Assembly: GCF_963921235.1 (NCBI RefSeq)
Contig: NC_086097.1
Span: 16,306,001 to 16,370,000, forward strand
Direction: 5' to 3'
DNA: 64,000 nucleotides
DNA from: Mobula hypostoma
Lineage: Eukaryota
Positions 1 through 12,107 of this stretch are shown piece after piece (position 1 is the stretch's first letter; every line of letters starts with the position of its first letter). Under the pieces are notes generated by a model, which was not told the DNA's origin, did not search any database, and worked only from the letters and a program-made list of their open reading frames with translations. A program made the position numbers and the translations under genes.

Positions 1-199
1 AGCTTCTTGTAAGTATCTGCCATCACCAAAACCCTCAGGCAATGTTCAAGATTCCAACCACCATCCATATATTTAAGAATTCTATTAAGAATATATTTAG
101 TTATTTTATATATTTAAGCAATCTTCCACTTTTCTATTCTGTGCATCTCCCAATATTCTATTCTATGTACCAAAATTTTCTCTAGGCACTTAACTTATA

Positions 200-2880
200 A
201 TAACCTACTGACAATTTGCTTTCCCACCCCTACTTGCAGTCGCCAAATATATTAGCAATAAAATCAGTTCCCTTAGTCAGGGCCAAGTACTGATCCCTAC
301 GACATCACAGAATACCAACATGAAAGTTACGTGCTTATCCTACTTCTGCTTTCCATTAATCAATTCTCCATGTATGCTATCACTTCAAATCCAGCAAGCT
401 CTTACCTTGGGCAATCACCTTTTAAAAAAGGACACCTTCCTGAATTTGTTCCGGCAATTAAAACACAGTATATCCAAATATGTACTATTATCCACCCTGT
501 TTGTTGCATTCTCAAAAAAAAACTATTAAGATTGTTAATGCAATCTCATGTTTATAAAGCTCAGCTTGATTTTACCATAATTTTGAAATATCCTGCCACA
601 AAATCCTTAATAATGCATTCCAGAATGGAAAATAATTAATCTATAGGTTCCTGCTTTTTGTATTCCCTCCTTTCTTCAATAGCAACATAACACTTCTGGC
701 TTTCCTCAGGAACCCTCTAGGACAGTGAATCTTTTAACAATTACAAACAAAGCATTTGCTATTTCTGCAGCCACTTCGAAGACCAAAGAAAGCAGCTCAT
801 AAGATCTAGGGCACTAGCCAGCATTTGGAGACAATTTTTTTTTTAAGTGACCTTGCCTCATCATGTCCATGATGACATTTTACTCACATTTGATCCATAT
901 CTTTCTATTTCTTACCTATGTGGATACTAGTCTAAATGCTTCTTAAAACATAGCAATTATGTCTGACTCCACCACCTCCTCCTAGAGCTCCTTAAATCCC
1001 CTTTTAAAACTCCTTCCTTTCACCTTAAGCATGAGCTTTCTTCTTTTGTGATACCTCTATGATGGGAAACAGATATAGATTTATCAACTCTATCCATGCT
1101 AATATTACCCTTATTAAGTTACTGCTCAGCCTCGTTAGCTTCAGGGAAAACAAAATCAACCCATCTATACTCTTCCCAAATATCCTGGGGAAGTTATTTG
1201 CATTATTTTGCCAAATATATTGTTCCACTTGCCCTTGGTTTTTCAGCACTTTTAGGATGTACTTAATGTATTCTACTATGAAGACACTTGTAAGATTTTG
1301 ACAATGTTCTATTCTTACCATCTAAGGGACCAAAATTTTTAAGCTATCTTTTGTATGTCAAAGCTCTAACTATCAGCTTCAACATTAACGGCCAGTTTAT
1401 TCGCAGTCTATTTTCACCCGTAACCTTATGCTGGTTTCCAAAACTTTTTCAAATGTTATCTTATCATTAATTTTCATAATATTTTGTTTAACTTTGAAAT
1501 CCTCCTCAACTTCTTTAAATAGCAAAGATAGTTTGTCCTTCTCACCAAGTTTATTCCACAATCGAATGCATTTTGGCTGAGAATTGTGACCCTTAAGTCT
1601 TGTAGCTTATCCACCATTTCACTTTTTAAATAATTTTTCCAGTCCTGTTCTACCTTCATAACTTTGTAACTATTTTTATTCACATTCGAGACATGTGCTT
1701 CAAAGCCAGGTTTCTCATTCTCAAACTAAGTCATACAAAATAGAAGCAGTCTATTTGGGCACTGATCCACAATCTTCTAGCACTTATCCCCACAGTCGTC
1801 TGTACTTGGGCAATTTAAAGTGCCTTGTCTACACACATCAGTGTTGTTAGTGACTGCTTCCAGCACTCTCACAGGCAATATATTTCAGCTATGCATGCTT
1901 CAGATCCTCTCTAAATCTCTCACCCCTTAACCTAAATCTATGATATGGGGAAATGTTTCCTACAATCTACTCCAAGTATGGCCCCCATAACTTTGTATAT
2001 GCCAATCACATCCCCTTTTAATTTCCTCCACTCCACGGATTACAGACAAAACCTCCCCAGTCTCTCATCATTCCAGGCATCATCCTGGTAAATCTCCTCT
2101 GGAATCATATGAGAGAACTGAACTGCAGAAAAAAAGGCCCTTACTATGACAACCATCATGCCAATCTATGCTCTTTGCATTTACCGGTAATGAGACTATA
2201 AATCTCTAATCCTTTCCTATCTAAATACTTGCCCAGATTCCTTTTTAACTTTGTATTTGCCCCCACTCCTCTTCTAGCAGTTCATTCCAGTGAACCAACA
2301 CCCTTTGTGTGAATCTCCTATAATTTTTCTCCCCATTCACTATTAACATGTGTTCTCTTGCTCTACATTCCCCTGCCCTGGGAAAAAACACTATTAAACC
2401 TATCAATCTCCTTCAAATTTACAAACAAAATAAGATCACCACTGAAACTGCTATGTTCCCTTGACAATAAAGCAAACCAAGTTTATAGCCCTCCATTCCA
2501 GTAATGTTGTGGTGAAATTCTATTGTACTCTCTCTATCACTATTACATCCAACAATATTCCAAATGCAGCCAAAATGTTTTCCGTTGCTTTGCTTTTATG
2601 CTCAGTGACTCAACCTATGAAGGCAAGCATGCCAACTGCCTTCTTCACTACTCCAGCCACCTGTGTCTCCACTTCCAGTGAGACATCCCTCTGTACATCA
2701 ATGCTCCCAAGGTCCCTGACACATCACTACATGTTTCATTAGAATTTGACTTCCCACGATAAGGTTAGGAGCACTGCATGTAGTACTCCAGCTTACATCT
2801 GATCTAAGTTTTCTAAAGCCAGAGCAATCTCCTTAATCTTATATTCAATATCCAAGCAAATGAAGTTTAAGAATACCACA
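200..2880 (-). repeat. Several old, degenerate CR1-like LINE fragments
   Basis: Recurrent decayed CR1 3'-end phrases (CCACCACC..., CTCTATCCATG, CATCCTGGTAAATCTCCTCTG); boundaries approximate. Confidence 0.5.
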
Positions 2881-4033
2881 TGCTTTCCTAACCCAGCTGC
2901 AGTAGGTTGTAGACTCAGCCAGCTCCATCACTGGCACAACCCTCCCCACCATCCACGACATCTTCAGGTGGCGGTGCTTTAAGACTCTATCCATTAAGGA
3001 CCCTTACCATCCAGGACATACCTCACTAGTTTTTGTTTGCACTATTTGTTTATGTTATCATTCACAGTTTTTTCTTTGCACTGTACACAAACCAACAAAC
3101 TTCATGTCGTACAAGTGATTCCGATCTCCAAATTTACTGATCATGCAAACGACTGACATACACTATTAACAGCAAGGGTCCAAGCATTAAATCCTGTAGA
3201 ATATCACTAATGATTAAGAAAACCATCAAGCATTTATATTTACTAATCATTGGATAAATTGCAGAAAAGATTTTACCCAATGTTTTGGATTCCAAAATAC
3301 CCAAGGTTAGAATAATTACGAAGTGCAGTGGATTCCAATTAATTGGTCCATCGGTTAATCTAGGCATTCACTTATTTGAGACGACTCTTAAAGAACAAAT
3401 CCTAATCGAGAAGATAGTAGGAATTTCCTTCATTTATTTAGGACACTATGCTGCTTAATTAGGACAGGAGACTTGAACAGTTTCTTATTAGTGCCAGTCA
3501 CGTGACCTTGTGTGGCCACTAGACACTACACCGTGCTTAGAGTCAGCAATTTTTAAGTAGCCAGGGTTACATGTGTTTGTGTTCAAAAAGCAGTGATTTT
3601 TGTAATGATACTTGGCGAGCAATAAGTAGTAAGGCAATTTAGAATTGTTTTGGTCACTATGGTTTCAAGCATTCAGGCTTGGAGATGCGAAAAATAGTCA
3701 GGAATGAAAATAAAATGATTTCACTACTTCAACAAATTACCAACTATGAAAATGTATGCTGTATATGCCTTGTGCTGTGTACGACTGTTGATACTGTATT
3801 TTGCACCTTGGACCTGGAAGAATGTCGTTTGGCCTGGCTACATTCATGGAATTCTTGTATGATTGAATAATAATTAATCTTGAACTTGAAATTTAAAGGT
3901 ATCAACAAATATCTTGAATTTTACAATGAAATTGAGATTTGGAGGATGTAATCATCAAAAACATTGTATGAAGACATTCCATTATCTGCACCAGGTGTCT
4001 GCGCTAATTTCATTCACTTACAGTCAGTCTAAG

Positions 4034-4404
4034 CATAGAACATAGAACAGTACAGCACAGTACAGGCCCTTCGGCCCACAATGCTGTGCCGACCCTTAAA
4101 CCCTGCCTCCCATATAACCCCCCACCTTAAATTCCTCCATATACCTGTCTAGTAGTCACTTAAACTTCACTAGTGTATCTGCCTCCACCACTGACTCGGG
4201 CAGTGCATTCCACGCACCAACCACTCTGAGTAAAAAACCTTCCTCTAATATCCCCCTTGAACTTCCCACCCCTTACTTTAAAGCCATGTCCTCTTGTATT
4301 GAGCAGTGGTGCCCTGGGGAAGAGGCGCTGGCTGTCCACTCTACCTATTCCTCTTAATATCTTGTATACCTCTATCATGTCTCCTCTCATCCTCCTCCTC
4401 TCCA
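4034..4404 (-). mobile_element. CR1-clade (HER1-like) LINE 3' fragment
   Basis: LERRRMRGDMIEVYKIL..TRGHGFKV..FFTQ; (CTATGTT)n tail. Confidence 0.85.
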
Positions 4405-4409
4405 ACTCA

Positions 4410-4810
4410 GAGGTCAGAGTCCAGTAGTAGAAGTAGTCGTCAAAAATTGGGGTCTGCCTCGGTAGCAATGGATAACCATGACTTCTCCTGTGCCTCATCA
4501 TGCCCTTCGCTCTCCACAAGGCGTTGCAGAACCGCCTTGTTGGCTATTGGATCTCACTGTTGATCTCGTCTATCCAGTCCGTCGGAGCTGACTTCAAACG
4601 CTAGGACAAGCATGTTCCTATTTTGCCGGGGTACAAGGCCAGCCGGCTACCCACACCTGGCTTAGCCTGCCTGTCGAAACAGTGTGCCAGGGTGTGGCTG
4701 CTATCACGTGCAAATAGCTACCTGAAGCCACAGGTGACAGCTAAGCGTCCAGCGGAGAACAAAGGTGAGTGAGCTGCCGCAGAATGGACACGAGTCCCTT
4801 CACCAGAGGT
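4410..4810 (-). repeat. Non-coding GC-richer interspersed repeat, possibly an RTE-related SINE
   Basis: Abrupt composition change, CTACT-type tail at the left end; family assignment is a guess. Confidence 0.35.
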
Positions 4811-5472
4811 TTTATAGTACTGTAGTAGCATTGCTAGTGTTCTAATTTGTTGTGTATTTCATGTAAGTACATAATTTATTAAACAGTAGTTAGTTCTTTT
4901 TCTACCTTGTTAATTATTTCCATTAAACTTCAGCTATCCGGGTCAGCCACTTAATTGAGCCAAAATATACTGGTCCCAACATTTCCCAATTAACCAGAAT
5001 CCACTGTACTTCACTGTGCACAAATATTTATCTTGAAATGAAATTCAGTGATGACATTTATGAAAATTTGATCTTGATCCCAGAATCTCTATCCCACATT
5101 GATCAGAATGCAGATGATAACCTGGTTTGTACTGGTACTGTAATAGGTACTGGTTTGTAAAGCCTTCAAGGTTAAAAGTAAACTCAAGTCATGCAATATA
5201 TTAAATTGGTTTATTATTGTCACATGTACTGAGGTATAGTGAAAAATTTTGTTTTCATGTCATCCACATAGATCATTTTATTACAACAGTGTATTAAAAT
5301 AGTACAAGGGAAAACAACAGAATGCAGAAATTCAATGATGCTCATTCTGCCCAAAAAATAAGAACTACCCAAAACATTTCAGCATAAAATTTGCGAATGA
5401 GCAGAAGGCAACAGCTATTCTATCCTTCTCTTGCGAATACCAGCGGCCAATTCATAGCCAATAAATGCTTAC

Positions 5473-5546
5473 CTTTGGCGTTGCTACGGCTACACTGATG
5501 TCGATATAATCCCTGTAGATGATTTCTTTGGTTGTATCATCAATAA
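5473..5546 (-). CDS. DLST: DLST exon 12 ([25 protein letters not shown])
   Basis: 74 nt; TTTCTAG acceptor; GTAAGC donor; [14 protein letters not shown] motif. Confidence 0.98.
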
Positions 5547-6799
5547 CTAGAAAGAAAAAAATAAAACCACTGACATGAACTGAAGTAATTGTTGAATTTA
5601 GAAGTAACTAGACAACTGGGTGACCTGTTGGGGCACCCTTTGACAGAAAGGTAGTGCAGTCTGATGTGACGTGCTTTGGAAATTAAAGAAGAAAAACTCA
5701 GTTTATTAAAGAAGAAAGACGCGTAGCAAGACAAAAATAGCTCCTCCTCACTTAACGAAGGACACTTTTGATGACAACATTTCTGGTTGATCTGCCACTC
5801 TTCAAGAATACTCTAACGTTTTCATTTCTTTTTCCCCGGCTTAAAGTCACATACAGCTGACCATGCTGGAATACTGGTTTCTGCAAATAAATCAACACAT
5901 TCCCTATGGTTTGGCCTTGCGCCTTATGTATAGTCATATGTATAGCCTTATGTATAGTATAGCATGACTGTATCGGGAACCGGCTCTGCTGAAGAGGGAC
6001 ATTTTCCCCTTCTGATAAATTGAGAGTAATTCTCGGGATCATGACAATGTCGTTTTTGAACAAACCGATGTTTATTGATGAGATTGTTGTGCAGTTCTTC
6101 CACCATCATTCGCGTTCCATTGCAAAGCCTTGGTGGATCCAAGTTCCTCATTGAAATGATGGGAGATTCCCTCTTCAATTCCAGTTTACGTGGTGGCAAC
6201 TCAGGAAGTTTGACCGAATCAAGGAATTCTGTCGGAAAATGAATGGTGCTAGCTCCTTCGCTTACAGCAGTGAAGGAACAGTATTCTTTCATGATTCCAG
6301 GGAAGCGTCTAATGCATGCGAAGTTTATTTTCCGCAGCATTTCATTGAGAGGAACCAAGATAGAATTCCTCGAGAACACTTCTGCAGAATTGTCGAATAT
6401 CGGGTAGACGAAATCAATGCACTCTTCCATAGTTTTTGCTGGCAGAATCATATCTTCAGGTATTTCCATTTCATCGTTTTCATTTTTCTCAATCTTGTCT
6501 TCTCCAACATCCAATAATAACTCAGAATATCATCCTTCTCCCTCACTCAATCGCATGTTTCTCTTCAACTGAAACTTGATGAAGCTTCTCCACAAGTAGG
6601 ATTTTTTATGCATGAATTCTCCATATCGAGACTTCTGGTAGAGCTCATGGAGTGAAGTCGTGTTCTTGACTTGCTCCATTACCTCTGAGTTTTTTTTCCT
6701 ATGATCAGCTACATGTAAGCTAACCATTAAGGCACCAACTTTTATAATACTTTGAAACAAATTGTGTTTTTTGATATTCCGATGTTTTTAAGGTCTGCT

Positions 6800-7636
6800 A
6801 TGTCTAAGAACAGGAAAGACGGCAAACCTCTGGTTAGACCAAAAGGTACCGATCTTCCTCCGACTGAACCACCGTTAACTTTGAAAGCTATATCGGATCT
6901 AATTCAAACGGAAATTTCAACGTCTATAACGGAGCTGATTCGTGCGGAAATTTCAACTAATCTCCAGAAAATTGCCGATGCAATTGATAAAATGCAAACA
7001 TCTATCACGGAACATCAGTCTGCTATATTTAATCTTCAAAAATCCACGCAACAAAATGAACTTAAGATGGGGAAAATTGAAGAAACAATTAGTGTAATGA
7101 AGAAAAAACTTGACTTTCTGACTTTTAAAAACTCTGACTTAGAATCCAGAATGCGACGGCAGAATATTCGAATTATTGGTATTCGTGAAGCCGCTGAATC
7201 TGACAACCCTATAAAGTTTTTTTCTCAACTTTTAAAAGATGCATTTCCTACCGTATTTCCTGACCAACCACCATTATTGGATCGGGCTCACAGAGTTCCA
7301 TCATATTCGTCTAAGTCAGATAAACCTTGGCATGTCATTTTACAATTTAATTACTTTCAAGACAAGGAGAAATTGTTTCGATTCGCTCGACCTAAAGGTT
7401 ACATTGATTTTTTGGATCTTCATTTTCGGTTTGTGGAAGACTTAAGTAAACAGATTCGGGATCAACGTGTTCGTTACAGATCTGTGATGTCGGAACTCTA
7501 CAAGATGGATTTAAAACCAGTGCTGCTTTACCCTGCGCGTTTAAAGATTGGCACACCTGATGGGGCTCCCCATTTTTTTGATTCTCCATCGGATGCCCAG
7601 ACTTACCTAGATCAATTTTCACCTTCAACATCTTAA
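6800..7636 (+). CDS. L1 ORF1p (coiled coil + RRM-type RNA-binding region), open
   Basis: 278 codons from ATG 6800; DLESRMRRQNIRIIGIRE, LDRAHRV and LLYPARLKI motifs. Confidence 0.85.
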   Translation: MSKNRKDGKPLVRPKGTDLPPTEPPLTLKAISDLIQTEISTSITELIRAEISTNLQKIADAIDKMQTSITEHQSAIFNLQKSTQQNELKMGKIEETISVMKKKLDFLTFKNSDLESRMRRQNIRIIGIREAAESDNPIKFFSQLLKDAFPTVFPDQPPLLDRAHRVPSYSSKSDKPWHVILQFNYFQDKEKLFRFARPKGYIDFLDLHFRFVEDLSKQIRDQRVRYRSVMSELYKMDLKPVLLYPARLKIGTPDGAPHFFDSPSDAQTYLDQFSPSTS

Positions 7637-8342
7637 TCGCAATTTTTAATTATCTCCATTTGATCGGAGGCTGTTAATCTGTTGAGTTTAATTTTTTTTT
7701 TCTCGCTTTATACGATGGCAGAAAAGTTTATTTTCGGTTTAATTAACAGGATTGTCAAACTTTTTTTTCAACTGCGTCATTCCTTCTTTTTCCCTGGGGA
7801 TTCTGGGTGGTTATTCCCTCAGCATCATTTTACGTATTTCCTTTGAGGCCTTAAACTTTGTAGTTTTCAAATGTACTTTTTGTAGTTTTTCTTAACTAGT
7901 CTATGTTAATCATCTCATTTCTTTTTTCTGTTTAATCATAGAGTCTGTTGTTCATTACGGTTTTCTTTATATTTACTGGCTTTTTCTTTGTATTATATCG
8001 TGTTTGTCTTAATCGGTCTTTTTTTTTATTCCTCTACTGTTTTATAACTAGCGGATCTTTTTATACTTACACTTTTTTAGTGAGCGTCTATCAGAAGTCA
8101 TGGGGGTAGTTCTAGTGCTTGCTTCTTTCTGGCTGGTCTGTTTTAGATTTAGCTTTGGGGTCATGGGGTGGGGGTGGTGGGAGGGGCTTCACTTTTTGTT
8201 TTTTTCTTCTTGGGCTACTTATACTACCGAAGCATTGGTTGCGTTCTCCTTCCCGTTATCTCTTGTTTGTTCTGTTCCCTTTCCGGGTTCGTGGGTCGAA
8301 CCTATTGTCAATCCTTTTTTTTGCGGGTTGACTTTAGGGTTT

Positions 8343-11300
8343 ATGGAGTCTACTATTAATTTTGTCTCTTGGAATACCAACGGTCTTAATCATCCAATTA
8401 AAAGGAAAAAAGTTTTTAAAGTATTCCGGAGACTTAAAGCACATGTTTTATTCTTACAAGAGACCCATGTGCGGAGTGGGGACAGACTACGTTTTTTTTA
8501 ATTTTGGAAGGGTCAACAGTTCCATTCGAACTCTAACACTAAGATTCGAGGTGTCTCTATTTTTATAGACCCCTCAGTTATTTTTGTAGAACATGATATT
8601 ATTTCTGATCCGAATGGTAGATTTCTATTGGTTAGTGGTCTACTCTTTAATAAAAAGGTAGTTTTGGTTAACATTTATGAACCCAACATGGACTGTCCGG
8701 AATTTTATAAGTCATTATTTAATCTGTTCCCGAATTTGAATGAGTTTTCACTAAACTGGGACGGAGATCTTAATACTTGTTTATCTCCAGCTTTGGACCG
8801 TTCGGCTCCTTTACGGACCTTACCCAATAAATCTGCGACTTTGATTAACTCATTCCTCTCTGATTCCGGGTCGACGGACATTTGGTGTTTTTTGCATCCT
8901 CAGGAAAAAGATTTTTCTTTTTTTTCACATGTTCACCATTCCTATTCAAGAATTGATTATTTTTTTTTATTGACTCTCGTCTTACTTCTTCAGTGGTTAA
9001 ATGTGAATATGACTCTATAACCATTTCGGATCATGCTCCACTTAAGCTTTCTATTAAAATTCAGGCCAATACACAAAATAATAGACAATGGCGTTTTAAT
9101 TCGCTGTTGCTTCAGGACTCGGATTTTGTTAACTTTATGAATGAACAGATTGATCTCTTTTTTACAATCAACTATACAGAAGATATTTCTATGAACATCC
9201 TTTGGGATACTTTTAAAGCTTATATTCGTGGTCAGATCATCTCGTACTCTGTTGTTTTGAGGAAGAAGCTGAAGCAGGAGGAGCTGGTAATTGTGGACAA
9301 GATTAAGGAAATTAATAAGAAATATGCTACAGCTCCCTCTGAGGAGTTGTATAAACAAAGAACTGAACTTCAAATGGAACACAGTTTATTACTTTCGTCC
9401 TCGATTGTAAATCAATTAAAGAAAACAAGAAGTGAATTTTATGTACATAGTGACAAAGTTGGGAAACTGTTGGCTAATCAGTTGAAGACTAATTATACTA
9501 AATTTCAAATTAATCAGATTTATAATCAAAATGATCAACTGATATTTGATCATGCTGAGATTAATGAATCCTTTTTTGATTTTTATTCCTCCTTATATCA
9601 ATCAGAGTCTTTACGAGACTCTAAGTATATGAATGACTTTTTAGATAACCTAGATTTCCCTAAGATCTCACAGGATACATCTTCTATGCTAGATACTTCC
9701 ATTAGCACTGATGAGATTAAGAATGTTATTTTTTCTATGAACCCGGGGAAAGCTCCTGGCCCTGATGGGTTTACCGCGGAATTTTATAAATTTTTTGCAC
9801 CTTCATTAATCCCTTGGTTATTTAGGGTTCTGGAGGCTTCATTAAAACTTGGTGAACTTCCCAAATCCTTCTATAGAGCGTCAATCTCTTTAATATTAAA
9901 GGAGGATAAAGATCCTGCTCAATGTGCATCTTATAGACCAATATCTTTATTAAATGTTGACTCTAAAATTTTTTCTAAATTATTAGCAAACAGATTAGAA
10001 AAAGCACTTCCTTATATTATTTCGGAAGACCAAACGGGTTTTATTAAAGGTCGTTACTCTTTCTATAACATTCGCACACTGTTAAATATTGCTTATACTC
10101 CTTCACAAAACATTCCTGAGTGCATTATTTCTTTAGGCGCTGAAAAAGCCTTTGACAGAGTAGAATGGCCATACTTATTTAAGGTGCTTGAAATGTTTAA
10201 TTTTAGCTCGAAATTTATATCCTGGATTAAATTGTTATATCATTCTCCTATGGCCTCAGTTCGTACTAACTCTTTAAGTTCACCCTTTTTCCCTCTTTCT
10301 CGAGGTACTAGACAAGGTTGTCCTCTTAGTCCTTTATTATTTGATATTGCATTAGAACCTCTTACAATTGCTATTCGAGAATCTCCAAATATTATTGGGA
10401 TAACTCGGGGCCTAAAGTCCCATAAAATATCACTCTATGTTGATGACTTACTTTTATATATTTCTAATCCTCAAAAATCCATCCCTGCTGCTTTAGATTT
10501 ATTAGCACAATTTAGTCTCTTTTCCGGTTACAAGTTAAACCTCAGTAAGAGTGAACTTCTCCCGATTAATAAGCAACTTCCCTTGTATCATAACCTTCCG
10601 TTTAAATTGATTAATAATTATTTTTCATATCTTGGGATTAAAATTACTTGTAAACATAAAGATCTATTTAAGACCAATTTTTTACCCTTAATTGATCATA
10701 TTACTCAACTTTCATTTAAATAGTCTCCATTATATTTAACTTTGATTGGTCGTATTAATGCAGTTAAGATGTTTATTCTGCCAAAATTTTTATATGTATT
10801 TCAGGCATTACCGATTTTTGTTCCAAAATCTTTTTTTGACAAAGTTGACTCTAAAATTTCTTCATTTATTTGGCAAATTAAAAACCCGAGACTGGGTAGA
10901 ATACATCTACAGAAAGCTAAGAGAGATGGAGGTTTAGCATTACCTAACTTTAGATTCTATTATTCGGCAATTAATATTCAACATATGAAATTCTGGTTAC
11001 TTGACCAAGATACACTATCCATTCCTAAATGGGTAGCATTGGAATTACAATCTGCTCAAGGTTATGCACTTGGCTCTATTTTAGGTTCTTCTCTTCCTTT
11101 TGATTTGAAATGCCACAAACAGGTCTGTAACCCGATAGTTAAATATACCTTACGTATTTGGTTTCAATTCAGAAAATTTTTCGATCTTAACCAATTTGGG
11201 CTTGCGATCCCTATTTTAGGTAACATTTTTTCCTCCCTCTTCCACGGATCATGCTTTTCAAATTGGGAAGACTAAGGGTATTTCACGGTTTTTGGATTTA

Positions 11301-12107
11301 TTTTTAGATGGTTCCCTTATGTCTTTTGAACAATTATCTAATAAATATAACTCACCAAGAATACATTTTTTTTTAGATATCTCCAAGTTAGAAATTTCTT
11401 AAGTACTATACTTTCTTCCTTTCCAACGCTCCCTCCTACATATATTTCAGATACTATAATTAACCTTAATCCATGTCAGAAAGGTGCAACGGCTATTATT
11501 TATAATATTATTATGAAACTTAGGAAAGCTCCATTTGATAAGATTAGGTCAGATTGGGAACAGGAATTGGGTTTTAGTATTTCGGCGGATGACGGGGTGC
11601 AGATTTTACAACTAGTCAATACTTCCTCTATCTGTGCTAAACATTCCCTAATTCAATAGAGCACATATGTCCAAAGATAAATTAGCTTGTTTCTATTCTC
11701 ATATTAATCCTTTTTGTGACAGATGTCAGGGGGAGATAACCTCTTCAACTCATATGTTTTGGTCCTGCCCTACTCTGGAAACTTTTTGGAGAGACATTTT
11801 TAATATTATCTCAAAGGTATGGAATATAGATATCTCTCCCCATCCTATTACTGCCATCTTTGGATTACCTAAAATTTCCAGTAATCTTTCTCCTTCAGCC
11901 CGTAGAATGATTGCATTTCTTACTTTAATGGCGAAAAGATGTATTTTACAACATTGGAAAGAGACTAATGCTCCAACTACGTTCTTTTGGTTTTCCCAGA
12001 CGATATTATGCTTAAATTTGGAGAAAATTAGAAGTAATCTTTATGATTCTTCAGTTAAATTCGAATAGACCTGGAGATCTTTTATTCAACATTTTCATTT
12101 AATGTAA
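8343..12107 (+). pseudogene. L1 ORF2 (AP endonuclease, RT, zinc knuckle), disrupted
   Basis: SWNTNGLN..FLQETH, GDLN, SRIDYF, SDHAP, GKAPGPDG, RGTRQGCPLSP, LYVDD, CDRC..HMFWSC; frameshifts near 8500, 8965, 11230 and stop at 10721. Confidence 0.9.

Larger units (their letters stand above)
3326..5006. mobile_element. Tigger/pogo-like non-autonomous element hosting nested LINE/SINE fragments
   Basis: TIRs CAGTGGATTCCAATTAATTGG and CCAATTAACCAGAATCCACTG|TA. Confidence 0.6.

Noticed and set aside
1..5472. DLST exons 13-15
   Set aside because: No GLVVPV, GGTFTISNGG or DHR-motif coding found by eye; probably beyond the left edge.
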